Below the pieces are notes generated by a model. That model was not told the origin of the DNA. It made no database searches and worked only from the letters and a program-made list of their open reading frames with translations. A program made the translations under genes and the position numbers. Shown piece after piece: positions 32,657 to 43,506 of a stretch of 64,000 nt of DNA. Location of the stretch: NCBI GenBank assembly GCA_918797485.1, contig CAKKNE010000006.1, positions 3,472,001 through 3,536,000 on the forward strand, written 5' to 3'. The stretch comes from Pelagomonas calceolata. Its lineage: Eukaryota. The first letter of the stretch is position 1; each line of letters opens with the position of its first letter.

Positions 32657-33020
32657 GTTTATCACGGACCTGCTCGGCGACGTGTTCACGGGCGGTGGTC
32701 CGAGGTGCTGGCCAGAATTTGGGTTGCAGTGGGCGCGCGAGAACGGGTTCGTGCCCGTCCGCGTGCAGCCGGGCGACCCGTGCGCCTACCAGTACCCGTT
32801 CCTGTACTTGTCGAAGCCGTGCAAGGCCGGGGCGCTGCTGGGCCGCGCGGGGCCCGTCGGCGCGAGCGACCTCGCGTACGCGTTCGACGACGAGGTCCTC
32901 CGCGGCCTCGACGTGCCGTTTCTCCGCGACGTCGATACACTCGTCGAGGCCATGGTCGCCGAAGATCCCTCGCTCGCCCGCGTCGCGCCGGAGATGGTTA
33001 CGCGGGACCTCTCTGAATAA
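32657..33020 (+). pseudogene. 5'-truncated fragment of an unidentified gene
   Basis: High-GC3 frame (FITDLLGDVF...DLSE*) with no ATG start, fused back-to-back to the TPR fragment. Confidence 0.45.
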
Positions 33021-33145
33021 AGTGCCCTTCTTTCCTTCCAGGCTCAGGCTAGTTACGTCGCGGGGCCCCCGTACCCCTCCCGCTCCCCCCGGGCCCACCC
33101 GTCCGGCTGGACTAGGACGCAAGGGGTGAGTCGCATGCTTCCTTC

Positions 33146-33167
33146 CTAGTGCCTTACAGGCCGCTAG
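33146..33167. promoter_or_regulatory. CTAG-bounded intergenic motif copy
   Basis: ctagtgccttacaggccgctag; one mismatch to the copy at 38521. Confidence 0.65.
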
Positions 33168-33392
33168 CTAAAGCGCTTGAGCCGAGCAGGAGGCAAGTGG
33201 AAGCTACAGCGAGTGGCAACGTCTTTGATAGGCAGCAGTGCTGGTGAAAATCCACTCCGACCAAGCAGGCTCGTGATTGCCATCGCTGCCGACCGCTACA
33301 TTTTGAGCAGCTGCACACTGCACGCTGCACAACTGCACGCTGCACACACAGCTCGCTAGACGCCATCGCCGCAGCGCAAAAGCAAGCAAAAA

Positions 33393-34955
33393 ATGGCAAC
33401 AGAGCCCTTCGCCTGGGCCTCCGACGAAAGACTCCTCCTGCGCGTCGCCCCCGACGCGCCGCTCGCGCTGCGCGGCGCGGTGACGCTGCGCTGCCTCCGG
33501 GGCGCCGCGGCGTGCCACGGCCACGTCTTACGACACAATCAAACAGTCCTCGCGCACGCGACGAGCCCGGCGCTCGTGCTCCGCTACGAGCGCGCCGGCG
33601 ACGAGACGGTCGAGGACGCGCCGGCGTGGCTCTGCGATCATGTTGTCGTCGAGGTGACCGCGGCAACAAACCAACAATTGGCGGTCACTGAGGCGCCGAA
33701 CGTGGCCAACATCGTGCGTTTCGAGGGCGTGGCCGTGGCGCCCGTAACACATGCAGCCATCTGGCGGCCCCTCGCGGAGCCGCAGCCCTGGCGCGAGGCA
33801 GCATTAAGGTTCGCGTCCATCACTTCGGTGATGGCCCTCGGCGCGCAAAACGCCGGCAAGTCGACGCTCTGCCGTTATTTGGCGAACGCGTCCACACAAA
33901 AGGTCGCCTTGCTCGATTTGGATTGTGGCCAGCCCCTAAGCGGCCCGCCGGGCTTCGTCTCACTCAGACTGCTCGATGGCCCCTTCCTCGCGGAGACGGC
34001 CGCCGACAGCAATTTTGAGCGACGGATATATCTCGGCGCCACCACGCCCTCGGACGCGCCCGACGCCTACGTCGCGGCCGCCGCTTTACTAAAAGCGCAC
34101 TGGGCCGCACACTTACGAGACACGAAGCTCGTCGTCAACGCCTGCGGCTGGGTCACGGGTTTGGGTGCCGAGATTACCGCTGGTTTGATTTCCACCATAA
34201 CGCCGGACGCGTGCTGTATTTGTGGCGACGACGCCTTTTCTCGGAGGCCGCCGCTATGCAACGTGATCCCGAGCCGCATCGACTGCGGATCCATAATCTG
34301 CGAGAATCGCGGCGCGCCGGCGGCCGCGCGGCGCGTTTTGAGGCTCGCGGCCTACTTTTCCCAGAAACTGAACGTGGACACCGGCCCGCGCGACGCGAAC
34401 GGCGCGTTAGCCGACGCGACGGGCCGCGTCGCCGACGCAATATGTCGCGCGCGCGGGACGCGGCTCGCGCTCTCTTCTACTGTTTTGGTAATGGTCGGCT
34501 CCGCGCGCGACGACGCGCCCCGTTGTGGCGAGGAAGCCGTCGAAGTCTTGCGGGGCGCGTTGGTGGCGGTGGCTTCATCCATCGATGATGTGCCTTTGCT
34601 AATACGCGCGACGGCGGCGACGCCTGGAGTAGCTCTAGGCGGCGCGTGGAGCGACGCGTTACATTGCCGCGGCCTCGCGCTCGTGCGGGACGTCGGCCGC
34701 GGGTTCGTGGACGTGTACGCGCCCTTTGAGGTATGTGAGGGCGACCTCTTGCTGCGGGGCGTGCTGGCGCCGCCCGTCGAGCTGCTGTACCGGGGTCCCG
34801 ACCACGTGCGCTTCGACTTTTTGTCGTCGGAGTCGGTCGGTGCCGACCACGCCATGCGTGGGCGGGGCGGGATCATGCGCAAAGCGGCGAAGCGCGGGCG
34901 TGATGATGATGATGATGGCCGCGCGTCGCCCGGGCATTACGGGCCCGCCAGCTAA
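33393..34955 (+). CDS. NOL9: Polynucleotide 5'-hydroxyl kinase, NOL9/Grc3 (Clp1 P-loop family)
   Basis: GAQNAGKST, LDLDCGQP..GPPG and VVNACGWVTGLG. Confidence 0.8.
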   Translation: MATEPFAWASDERLLLRVAPDAPLALRGAVTLRCLRGAAACHGHVLRHNQTVLAHATSPALVLRYERAGDETVEDAPAWLCDHVVVEVTAATNQQLAVTEAPNVANIVRFEGVAVAPVTHAAIWRPLAEPQPWREAALRFASITSVMALGAQNAGKSTLCRYLANASTQKVALLDLDCGQPLSGPPGFVSLRLLDGPFLAETAADSNFERRIYLGATTPSDAPDAYVAAAALLKAHWAAHLRDTKLVVNACGWVTGLGAEITAGLISTITPDACCICGDDAFSRRPPLCNVIPSRIDCGSIICENRGAPAAARRVLRLAAYFSQKLNVDTGPRDANGALADATGRVADAICRARGTRLALSSTVLVMVGSARDDAPRCGEEAVEVLRGALVAVASSIDDVPLLIRATAATPGVALGGAWSDALHCRGLALVRDVGRGFVDVYAPFEVCEGDLLLRGVLAPPVELLYRGPDHVRFDFLSSESVGADHAMRGRGGIMRKAAKRGRDDDDDGRASPGHYGPAS

Positions 34956-35017
34956 TGTTGTTTGTTCTCTTTTTCGGCTTTTAGTCGATGTTACGGTGCC
35001 TTTTTCCTTTTCGTCAG

Positions 35018-35035
35018 CTAGCGGTAAGACACTAG
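35018..35035. promoter_or_regulatory. CTAG-bounded intergenic motif copy
   Basis: ctagcggtaagacactag(caagc), about 175 bp upstream of the ATG at 35211. Confidence 0.65.
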
Positions 35036-35210
35036 CAAGCAGCCGGCTTTGCGGCGGGCCTCGTAAAAGACCGCGCACGACGAACTATACGCGCATCGCT
35101 CGGCAACAGACTCTGGTAGTGCAACGCGGCCAGCCGCCGTATCGTCTTTGATACGTACGACGCTGCGCGCATCGCTGCAGCCGCACGCCATCGACGCGCC
35201 TCGTTGACAT

Positions 35211-36023
35211 ATGCCGCCCGCGCAAGTCGCGCCGGGCCTCTACCTCGGCGACCGGAAGGACGCCAAGGACCGCGCGGCGCTGCGGCGCCTCGGCATCCAA
35301 TCAATCGTCAACTGCACGCCGCCGAAGAGCGAGGATCCGGCCGCGGGCTGCCCGTCGTTTTTTGAAAGGGAGCTGCGTTATCTTAGAGTGCCTATATATG
35401 ACTCGCCGGCCGAGGACGCGGCCGAGCACTTCGCTGCCGTGCTCGACTTCATCGCCTCGAGGCTTCATTATGGGGGAGTTCTTGTGCACTGCAACCGCGG
35501 TGTTTCTAGATCGGCGACTTTCGTCGTCGCGCACCTGATGAAGACGCGGGCGCTCGACCCAGCCTCGGCGCTCGAGCTGGTGCGCGCCGCGAGGCCGCAG
35601 GCGGAGCCTAATGCGGCCTTCCTCAAGCAGCTCGACGTATTACATACGGAGCTCGAGGCGTCCCGGAAGCGCGACGCGCAGCGGATGGGCGGCCCGGTCG
35701 CGCCGGCGAAGCCTCCAGCGCCTCGCCCCGTCGCGGGACCGGCGCGGCCTGAACGACGCGCGGGCCCCGCGCCTCGACCGGTTGCCACGGCACCGGCGCG
35801 ACCAAAATGCGCCGGTCCCGCGCCGCGGCCACTCCCCACGGCGCCGGCGCGGCCCGAACGAGCGATCGGAGCGCCTCCGCGGCCCGGTGCCGACGACGAC
35901 GGCCGCGCGGAGGCGTTCGCGGCCGCGTTGGAACGCGTCGCGGCGGCGGCGGCAGCCGTCGGCCCCGAGAAGCGCCCCGCGCCAGGTGCGCCCCTCGGAC
36001 CGTTACCGAAGAAGCCAAAGTAA
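35211..36023 (+). CDS. Dual-specificity protein phosphatase with a Pro-rich tail
   Basis: GLYLG, VLVHCNRGVSRSAT and AEPNAAFLKQL. Confidence 0.9.
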   Translation: MPPAQVAPGLYLGDRKDAKDRAALRRLGIQSIVNCTPPKSEDPAAGCPSFFERELRYLRVPIYDSPAEDAAEHFAAVLDFIASRLHYGGVLVHCNRGVSRSATFVVAHLMKTRALDPASALELVRAARPQAEPNAAFLKQLDVLHTELEASRKRDAQRMGGPVAPAKPPAPRPVAGPARPERRAGPAPRPVATAPARPKCAGPAPRPLPTAPARPERAIGAPPRPGADDDGRAEAFAAALERVAAAAAAVGPEKRPAPGAPLGPLPKKPK

Positions 36024-36080
36024 ATTTGACACTATTATGTTTAAGACTGCCCGTCGGCGACGGCCAGCGACCCTATCCAA

Positions 36081-37112
36081 TCACGCGAGGGACTTCTCGA
36101 GCACCCACCCGTTCCAGGCGAGGTGCTCATCCGGGACTTTCTCCAAAGCGTCGGCCCACTCCGCCGCGATGCCGCAGCGGCGGATCAGCACCGCGTCGGC
36201 GGGCGACTCGAGGCGCTCGCCGTCGGCGGACGGCCGCGTCGCAAGCACTAAATCAGAAATGAAGGCGTCCGTGACGGAGCGGCGCGTCGCGTCGCCGCGC
36301 GACCAGACGTTGTGGCAGAAGAAGCCCTCGCGGTGCGCGCGCCACGTCCGCTCCAATTCCCGGTCCTCGACGTTCGCGAGGATGCTCTCGACGGCGAAGG
36401 CCGTGCAGAGCTGCAAGGCCAATTCATACGTTGCCGCGCGGAAGGGCGACGCCCTACTCCCATCGGCATCCCCCAGCCGCGACTCGTCGAAGGACGGCCG
36501 GTCCTCGTCGTACAACGCCCGCGCCTTTGAAAGTTCATTGTCCTTCCGCGGCAGCTCTCTCAAATCATCGATGAGTTCGCCCGAGATCTGCTCCCGGATC
36601 GCAAAGAGCTGCCGACAGATCGCCTTCGGGCGGATGTCCATCGTGTACTCGTGGTAGCGCTTCTGGAGGTAGGGGTTCACGCTCCGGTTGATGTACGTGC
36701 CCGTCCGCGAGTCGTACGACCGCGACTCGTGGCCGCCGCCGCAGCCCATCTCCTTCTTGATCAAGATCTCGATGTCCGGCTCCTCCAGTAATCTACAGAG
36801 GTAGTCCCTCGACGTAGATGTTGGTAACGCATCCACGCCGTGGTAGTCCTCGTCGAGCGGCGGCGCGCGCGTGCGATACTCGTCGTCGCCGGGGGGCGGT
36901 CTTAGATACTCAGCCAGGTAGTCGTGGCTCGTGCCGTCGGCCGTCAAGGAGAAATAGTAGAGCTGCTGCTGGACGCTGCGCTGCGTCACGAAGCGCGACA
37001 AAGCTTTGGGCTCGACCAAGTCCGGTGGCGGGCCGCGCTTCGCCCACCTTTCCGGCGGCGGCTGCAGCGCGGCGGCCGTCGCGAGCACGGCGAGCGATCG
37101 GAGGCAAACCAT
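36081..37112 (-). CDS. Putative plastid-targeted protein, possibly with tandem RbcX-like domains
   Basis: Signal-peptide-like MVCLRSLAVLATAAA-L; helical motifs LSRFVTQRSV and ICRQLFAIREQIS. Confidence 0.7.
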   Translation of the reverse strand: MVCLRSLAVLATAAALQPPPERWAKRGPPPDLVEPKALSRFVTQRSVQQQLYYFSLTADGTSHDYLAEYLRPPPGDDEYRTRAPPLDEDYHGVDALPTSTSRDYLCRLLEEPDIEILIKKEMGCGGGHESRSYDSRTGTYINRSVNPYLQKRYHEYTMDIRPKAICRQLFAIREQISGELIDDLRELPRKDNELSKARALYDEDRPSFDESRLGDADGSRASPFRAATYELALQLCTAFAVESILANVEDRELERTWRAHREGFFCHNVWSRGDATRRSVTDAFISDLVLATRPSADGERLESPADAVLIRRCGIAAEWADALEKVPDEHLAWNGWVLEKSLA

Positions 37113-37394
37113 TCTGTTTCTGGCGGTTTTTTCGCGTCGATCGCGTCGAGGGCTGACAAGCAGACGTGTGTGTGCTTGCTTCGTCCCTCTACGCGCGGCG
37201 AGACGGCTGGAAATATGAAAAGAATTTGGAGCTCTCTGCCTTGTTGGGAGCCCTGCCGCGTCGAGAGCCAACCAAAGGCTGCCAACGTGTTGCAGAACAC
37301 AAGTTGGCAGTCTCCTGGCTGCTCCTACAGTCCTAGGACGGCTGCCAGCTCGCAGCGCGTCGAGCGGCGGTTTTTTTGAGGCTAATCCCCGTGG

Positions 37395-37416
37395 CTAGCG
37401 GTATGTAAGACACTAG
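37395..37416. promoter_or_regulatory. CTAG-bounded intergenic motif copy
   Basis: ctagcggtatgtaagacactag(caagc). Confidence 0.65.
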
Positions 37417-37537
37417 CAAGCGGAGCTTATCGTAGATTTGTCCTAGCACCGTAACTATAATAGGTTTGATATAGCGATGGTGCGTCCGGACCGTTCAATT
37501 TCAGAAACAACGTAAGGTACAAGTCAAAACAACAAAC

Positions 37538-38332
37538 TTACGAGCCCGGTGGCGCCGAGGCCGCGGCCCGCTCGGCCTCCTGGATCCTCCGCGGCGCCCA
37601 GGACCCGCAGGAGACGCCCGCCGCGGCGGCGGCCGCGTCGTCGAGCGGGATCGTCTCCGGCGCGTCGAGCCACCCCCCCAGCTGCGCGCGCGCCGCGGGA
37701 GTGGGCGCGATGCGCGGCCGCCACTCTTCTCTTAAGTCCCGGAGCTCGCTTTCGTCGAGGTCGCCGACGAAGTGCGGATACCAGTCGAAGATCCTGGACA
37801 ACACAAGCGCGGTTGCGACCGACAGGTTGAGCGACGACGTGAAGCCGCGCAAGGGAAAGTAGACTTTCTGCGTCGCCGCGGCCAGGAACGCCGGGTCGCA
37901 GCCGTCCGCTTCTCTTCTGATCACGACGGCGACCTTCGCCGGGGTTAAATCAGGCGGCCGATCGCTTCCGAGCTCGACGGCGCCCTCCCCGTCCGCCGCG
38001 CACCAGATGTCCCAGCCCTCGACGCGCAGCGCCGACACGCACGACGCCACGTTATCAAAACGCTGCAGGCTCAGCCATCCATCAGCTCCCTTCGCTACAC
38101 TCTTCGTGTCGCGCTTCGGCCGCTTCTTCTGCGGTTGGAGCGGCGGTGCGACGGTCCACACGTGCTGCACACCCAGCGCCTCGGCGCAGCGGTGCGCCGC
38201 CGCCTCGTTGTGCGGGTCCGTGATTCTATCGAGGACTAACAAAACGGACTTCGTTCGCTTTCGCAGGACGCGCTCGCAGCGGATGACGCGCGGTGGGCAT
38301 TGGTCTGTTGCAGCGGTGTGCTCTGCTTGCAT
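37538..38332 (-). CDS. SpoU/TrmH-family (SPOUT) RNA methyltransferase
   Basis: LVLDRITDPHN..A..R.AEALG, VAKGADGWL and FPLRGFTSSLNLSVA. Confidence 0.85.
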   Translation of the reverse strand: MQAEHTAATDQCPPRVIRCERVLRKRTKSVLLVLDRITDPHNEAAAHRCAEALGVQHVWTVAPPLQPQKKRPKRDTKSVAKGADGWLSLQRFDNVASCVSALRVEGWDIWCAADGEGAVELGSDRPPDLTPAKVAVVIRREADGCDPAFLAAATQKVYFPLRGFTSSLNLSVATALVLSRIFDWYPHFVGDLDESELRDLREEWRPRIAPTPAARAQLGGWLDAPETIPLDDAAAAAAGVSCGSWAPRRIQEAERAAASAPPGS

Positions 38333-38520
38333 CCTGTTGATGTTGCGTTAGCACGCACTGTGTGAGGAGCAGTGCTAATATTGGCCACTAAGCCACGTAT
38401 CGGTTGCGGCTTTGCCTGCAGCGTGAATGGTGTGACTGATAACACCTTTTCCTGCGCACAATGATCTCAGCAGCGTCTTAGCGCTTGCGTACGGCCTCAG
38501 CTTGCTTGCCTGGGGCATCC

Positions 38521-38542
38521 CTAGTGTCTTACAGGCCGCTAG
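38521..38542. promoter_or_regulatory. CTAG-bounded intergenic motif copy
   Basis: ctagtgtcttacaggccgctag; exact reverse complement of 43602-43623. Confidence 0.7.
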
Positions 38543-38599
38543 CGGGCCGAAGCGCGGCGGTACCCCTCGCCTCGCCCGGACGCATTATAGTACCACTCC

Positions 38600-39088
38600 T
38601 TACGCATTACTCTCCGCAGAAAGCAGCGCGACGTAGTCCTCGTAGTAGATGCGCCCCGTTTCTTCATCTTTAGCAACTTCCATGAAGGCCTCGATCTCCT
38701 TCTCGCGGAAGGGCGTGCCCTTCGTGATTAAGGCTTCCCGCAACTTCGTGGCTTCGACGTAGCCCCTACCTTCCTCGTCGAAGGCGCGAAAACATTGCAG
38801 TAGTGTTTCATCGCTATCGGGCTCGAACTCGCCTCCAGCTAATAACTCAAGCATCTTCGGTTCAAACGTTTCGTACTTCACGAAGGCAGAAGCTTCTTCC
38901 CCCATCATGTCCGGTAGAATCTCCTTTACGACGGCTCTCTCCGTAGGATAAGCCCCAAGGTACCGCATGATCGTGGCCACTTCTTCTTGCACGACGCAGC
39001 CCTTCCGGTCCTTGTCGAAGAGTTGAAACGCTTCCCGGATGCGTTTTTTGGTTTCTAAATACCAAGTTTCATCGCGGGGCTCCCCCAT
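38600..39088 (-). CDS. DRC8: EF-hand calmodulin-like protein, dynein regulatory complex subunit 8 (EFCAB2-like)
   Basis: IREAFQLFD, EEVATIMRYLGAYPTE, GTPFREKEIEAF and D.ETGRIYYEDY. Confidence 0.8.
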   Translation of the reverse strand: MGEPRDETWYLETKKRIREAFQLFDKDRKGCVVQEEVATIMRYLGAYPTERAVVKEILPDMMGEEASAFVKYETFEPKMLELLAGGEFEPDSDETLLQCFRAFDEEGRGYVEATKLREALITKGTPFREKEIEAFMEVAKDEETGRIYYEDYVALLSAESNA

Positions 39089-39459
39089 GGCTGCCTACCG
39101 TACTCTGGAGCAAGTTTTTGGGGCAGCACAGTCTCCCTTGGTCCGCCGCGCGTCGTTTCAGCTGCAGCGGTGCGTTCGGTGAGTCCTACCGGGCGGCAGG
39201 CGCGCCGACGGCGTGTGGCAGGGCGTTTATAGGCTGCCCTGCGCTGTGCCCAGCAGGCGGGCTCACCGCTAGGGACCGCGCCGTCCTCCGGGCCGGCGTC
39301 CGACCTCTCGCAGCCCTCGCCGCGCGCGGTAGGACGTCTGTCACGCCGCGGAACAACCGGCGCAAACCCGTCACACGATCTCACATGCACTTTTGCAGAG
39401 CAGCCGAACAAACTGCCCGGAGCTCCGCCGGGGCAGCTCCATTCGCGGCGTCGCTGACC

Positions 39460-40201
39460 ATGGCCATGCGCGTCGGCCTCGTCCTCCTGCTCGCGCACTG
39501 CGCCGCGCGCCCGGCGCCGCCGCGCCCTCTTGCACTGAAAGGCGGTGCCAAAAAAAAGGCCATCAAGCATGGTAAGTCATGCTTCCACGCCATCGACGCG
39601 ACGCCAGCTCGACGGCGTAGCGGCGTGGTTCTCACCGGTCGATCTGCGCGCAGGCTTCCGCCACCGGATCCACCCCATCCATCTGGGGATCACGGGCTAC
39701 GCTGGGTACGTGGCCCTCAAGGAACTGAACGAAGAGCTATACGACCTGGGCCACCACCACGGCCTCGCGATGCTCGTCGCGAGTCGCTTGTGCCGAACGC
39801 TAGCGACCATAGAAGACAAGGCCATGCACGAATTACCCTCATTAAAAAAGATGTTGGTTGCGCAGACCACCATGCATATACTATGCGCGGGCGCCGTCGT
39901 CGCGGCGGGCTGGGAGGTCTACAACGACCTGAAGCCTGGTGGGCACCATGGCATGGTGTTATTGGCGATCCACGAGGTCCACGAGCTCCTCGAGGAGGCG
40001 GACTGGGATCCCAAGCATCATAAAGCATTGCACTCGGCTACCTTGAAATTTGTGATCGCGGGCGGGGCGTTGGCCTGCGCCGTGGTGGAGCTCGTCGAGG
40101 ATTTGGTGCCGGGCGCACATCACGGCGTCGCTTTACTAGCAGCGTCGCACGTGTGGTCGTCTATTGGTTTAATTCGCGCGGCGCGGAAAGCGCGGTCGTG
40201 A
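39460..40201 (+). CDS. His-rich multi-pass membrane protein with signal peptide (intron 39572-39653)
   Basis: GTAAGT donor and GCGCAG acceptor join KH|GFRHRI; three GxHHG helix repeats. Confidence 0.75.
39572..39653 (+). other. Spliceosomal intron (82 bp, GT-AG), introner-like
   Basis: Canonical GTAAGT donor, CTCAC branch-like site and the core motif. Confidence 0.9.
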
Positions 40202-40278
40202 GGGTTCCTAAATCAATTCATTTTACCCAACCCGTCGTGTCGACGGCGTGGGAGCATAGATAACACAACACATAGAAA

Positions 40279-41897
40279 TTAATCCGGCTTGGCGCGGCGG
40301 CCCTCCTCGTCGCCCGGCGCGGGCTCCTCCTTCGTCTCGCCGTCGCCGCGACTTTCGACGCGCGCGTAGGTGGACGAGCTCTCCCGCTCGACGACGCGCG
40401 CGAGGCTCGACAGGATCGCCGCCGAGCAGAGCTGCAAGCCGGCCGTGATTAAAAATGTAAATCGGTACCCATACAAGTCGACGAGGTGGCCGCCGAGCAC
40501 GGCCGAGCCCGACCAGCCGAAGCGGTTGATCGACTCCGCCGCGTTCCACCTCGCACGCTCGTCCTTCCTTACATAATCGTTCAGGATGCTCCTTGTTAAA
40601 CCGGAGCAGCAGTTCGCGAGCCAGGTCCGCAGCAAATACAGCACGATGATCAACGGTCCGTCGTCGACGCGCGTCATGACGGCCAGCAGAATGCACGCGC
40701 AGACTTTCGTGCAGACGGTGACCCAGACCCGTCCTATTCTTTTTGAGAGCTTCTGGGCGACGAACGCGCAGCAGGCGATGCCCGTCGGAGCTGCCACGTA
40801 GATGACCTGCACTTTGATGGGCGAGAGGCCGACTTCCCTCCAGAAAAATAGCGGGAAGAACTTGACCGTCATGCCGCTCCCGAGCATGGACACGACGTCC
40901 GAGACGCAGACCGTCGCCGCGATCCGCAATTCTTGTTGTCGTCGCTCGGTCGCGTCGCCGTCGTCGGCGAGGAGCGGCCGGCTCAATTCACCCAAAGTCT
41001 GCTTCTCCGACAGCGCCAGGGCCTGCGTGGACACGCCATCGACGCGACGTCGTCCCCGTGACTGCATCTGCCGATCTCCACGCCATCGACGCGAGATTGC
41101 CTCCATTCGTGCGTCTGCAATAACCTAACTCACAGATTGACTTCCACGCGGGCCAAAACCAACAACGCCGGACAAAAAAACAAACAAGCGCCGCACGCGA
41201 TGACGATCTCGAGCTCGCCCTCGCGCCAGTGGTCGCCCACCGTCGCGAAGACGACAACAGCTAACAGAGGCCCCGCGGCCGTTCCCAAAACGCGCAGCGA
41301 CTGCTTCCTGACATATAACCTACTTCGCGAACCGGAAGGGATCGAGTCCCCAAAAATCGCCTCGACGGCCGACGACTGCGAGCCGACGAAGCAGCCGACG
41401 ATCGCCGTCGAGGCGCAGATGCACAGGAACTGCTTGTTTGCATGGATATGGTCGCCGAGGACCACGGACGCGACTAAGGAGCAAAAACCAAACGCTCCGA
41501 TGATCACGGCCGTCCGAATCACGGCCGTCCGCGACCACCGATCCGCTAACCACGCGGCGGGGAACGCGGCACACAAATTCGCGACGCCCATCGCTCCCAC
41601 GGCGTAGCCGACGCGCGCGTTGCTGCCCGTTCGTAACAATACGTAGGCCGCCAGGGGTGATGCCGTGGCGAGCGACGTGCAGACGTTGAGCGACGGCTGG
41701 TAGCAGAGCGTGATCTTCACGTTGCGGTTGAGCGGGCGTTTTGGGGCTGATAGCTCGTCCGTGTTGCCCTGCTCCGCGTCGGCGGCGGCCTGTCGCAGCG
41801 GGTTGCGAGCGGTCCCCTCCTCGGTACCATCGCTGGGGTCCGCGTCCGTCCGGGCCCACTCCGGCTCGGCGGCGCTGGCTGCTGCAGCCTGCCTCAT
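40279..41897 (-). CDS. Major facilitator superfamily transporter (intron ~41023-41141)
   Basis: ~12 TM helices and MFS motif A variants (AWLADRWSR, KLSKRIGR). Confidence 0.85.
41023..41141 (-). other. Spliceosomal intron (~119 bp), introner-like
   Basis: CGCAG|G acceptor and two core-motif copies; donor chosen by phase. Confidence 0.65.
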
Positions 41898-42345
41898 CTG
41901 TGTTAGCGCTGCAACTTTTGGCCTTCAGGCGCTTGTGGTCGCTGTATGGCCTCAATGCGGCTATTTTGCTGACGAATAGCTGAGTTTTAACCTTGTTTTG
42001 GCGCACTGCTGCACGATAATCGATGCTGCAGCGTGCGGGGTCCCCGAGACGAAAAACGACGGAGGTGTCTTGGAGTAATCCTCCTGGATGATTGTAAATA
42101 CGAACGCTCCAAGAGCGCGGATTGCCCAGCGGAAGCATGCTCAGTCTTCACACCTGAGCGCAATTGCAGTGCTAGCCGCTTGGAAGGGCGCTATCAGGAC
42201 AGAGATAGACTCTCGGAGCTCTTCTAGATCACATCTCTCCAGCACCCGTCGCTCTGAACGCGCCGCGCCCTGGGGCCGGGCACAGAGACAGTGCACACCC
42301 AGAGAAGTGTCAGCTGCAGTAACGCCGTCGGCGCGCACCTAGACG

Positions 42346-43458
42346 ATGCGCCGCCTCCTCTCGAGCTGCGCCACCAGGGCCGCGCCAGCGACCCAGCCGC
42401 GCCTCGCCGCGCTCCGCGAGACCCTGAAGAAGGAGGCCGCCACCCCGGCGAAAGCGCGCAAGCCCGCGTGGCTCAAGGCCCCGGCCGCCGCCGGCGCGAA
42501 CTACGAGCGATTGAGAAGTACGGTGCGCAAGCAGAAGCTCGCGACGGTCTGCGAGGAGGCGCGGTGCCCGAACATCGGCGAGTGCTGGGGCGGCCGCGCC
42601 GCGGCGGGCGACGAAAGTAATGAGGAGCACACGGCCACCGCCACCATAATGATCATGGGCGACACGTGTACTAGAGGGTGCCGATTTTGTTCGGTCAAGA
42701 CGTCGCGGCGGCCCGATGCCCTGGATCCCGAGGAACCGTCGAGGACGGCCGACGCCGTGAACCAATGGGGTTTGGATTATGTCGTCGTGACGTCCGTCGA
42801 TCGCGACGACGTCCACGACCACGGTTCTTCACATATCTCCGAGACCGTGCGCCAGCTGAAAGCGAAGACGCCGCATTTGCTCGTGGAAGTACTCACACCG
42901 GACTTCGGCGGCGTCGTCGAGCGGGTCAACGAGGTCGCATTGAGCGGGCTGGACGTCTTCGCGCACAACGTCGAGACCGTGGAACGCCTCACTCCTAGAG
43001 TGCGCGACCGGCGCGCGGGGTACCAGCAGACCATGAATGTCCTGCAAGCGGCCAAGGCCGCGAATCCCGCTCTGGTGACGAAGTCGTCGATCATGCTCGG
43101 GCTCGGCGAGACGGACGACGAGATTTTGCAGACGCTCCGCGACCTGCGGGCGCACGGCGTCGACGTCGTGACCTTCGGCCAGTACCTGCAGCCGACGAAG
43201 CGGCATCTGAAAGTGGTGGACTACGTGACGCCCGAGGCCTTCGACCGCTGGCGCGACGCGGCGCAGGCCCTGGGCTTCCTCTACGTCGCGAGCGGGCCGC
43301 TCGTGCGGTCGTCGTACCGCGCGGGCGAGCTCTTCGTGAAGAACGTGCTGCGGGGGCGGAAGCCGAAGAAGGCCGACGTCGGGGCCGCGGCCGAGTCGCT
43401 CGCCGCCGCGGCGGCGGCGTCCACGGCGGCGGCGGCGGCGGCGACCGCTGCTGCGTAA
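42346..43458 (+). CDS. LIAS: Lipoyl synthase (mitochondrial type, radical SAM)
   Basis: [29 protein letters not shown] and [12 protein letters not shown]. Confidence 0.97.
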   Translation: MRRLLSSCATRAAPATQPRLAALRETLKKEAATPAKARKPAWLKAPAAAGANYERLRSTVRKQKLATVCEEARCPNIGECWGGRAAAGDESNEEHTATATIMIMGDTCTRGCRFCSVKTSRRPDALDPEEPSRTADAVNQWGLDYVVVTSVDRDDVHDHGSSHISETVRQLKAKTPHLLVEVLTPDFGGVVERVNEVALSGLDVFAHNVETVERLTPRVRDRRAGYQQTMNVLQAAKAANPALVTKSSIMLGLGETDDEILQTLRDLRAHGVDVVTFGQYLQPTKRHLKVVDYVTPEAFDRWRDAAQALGFLYVASGPLVRSSYRAGELFVKNVLRGRKPKKADVGAAAESLAAAAAASTAAAAAATAAA

Positions 43459-43506
43459 GTAACTATGTGTCTAGGACGCCGCCAGGATTAGTGACGTGAT
43501 TAGTGG

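Noticed and set aside
42068..42159. Possible C/D snoRNA or other ncRNA (GGATGA...CTGA, two short inverted repeats)
   Set aside because: Box C is imperfect, there is no terminal stem, and I could not identify an rRNA antisense element. An Infernal search would be needed.
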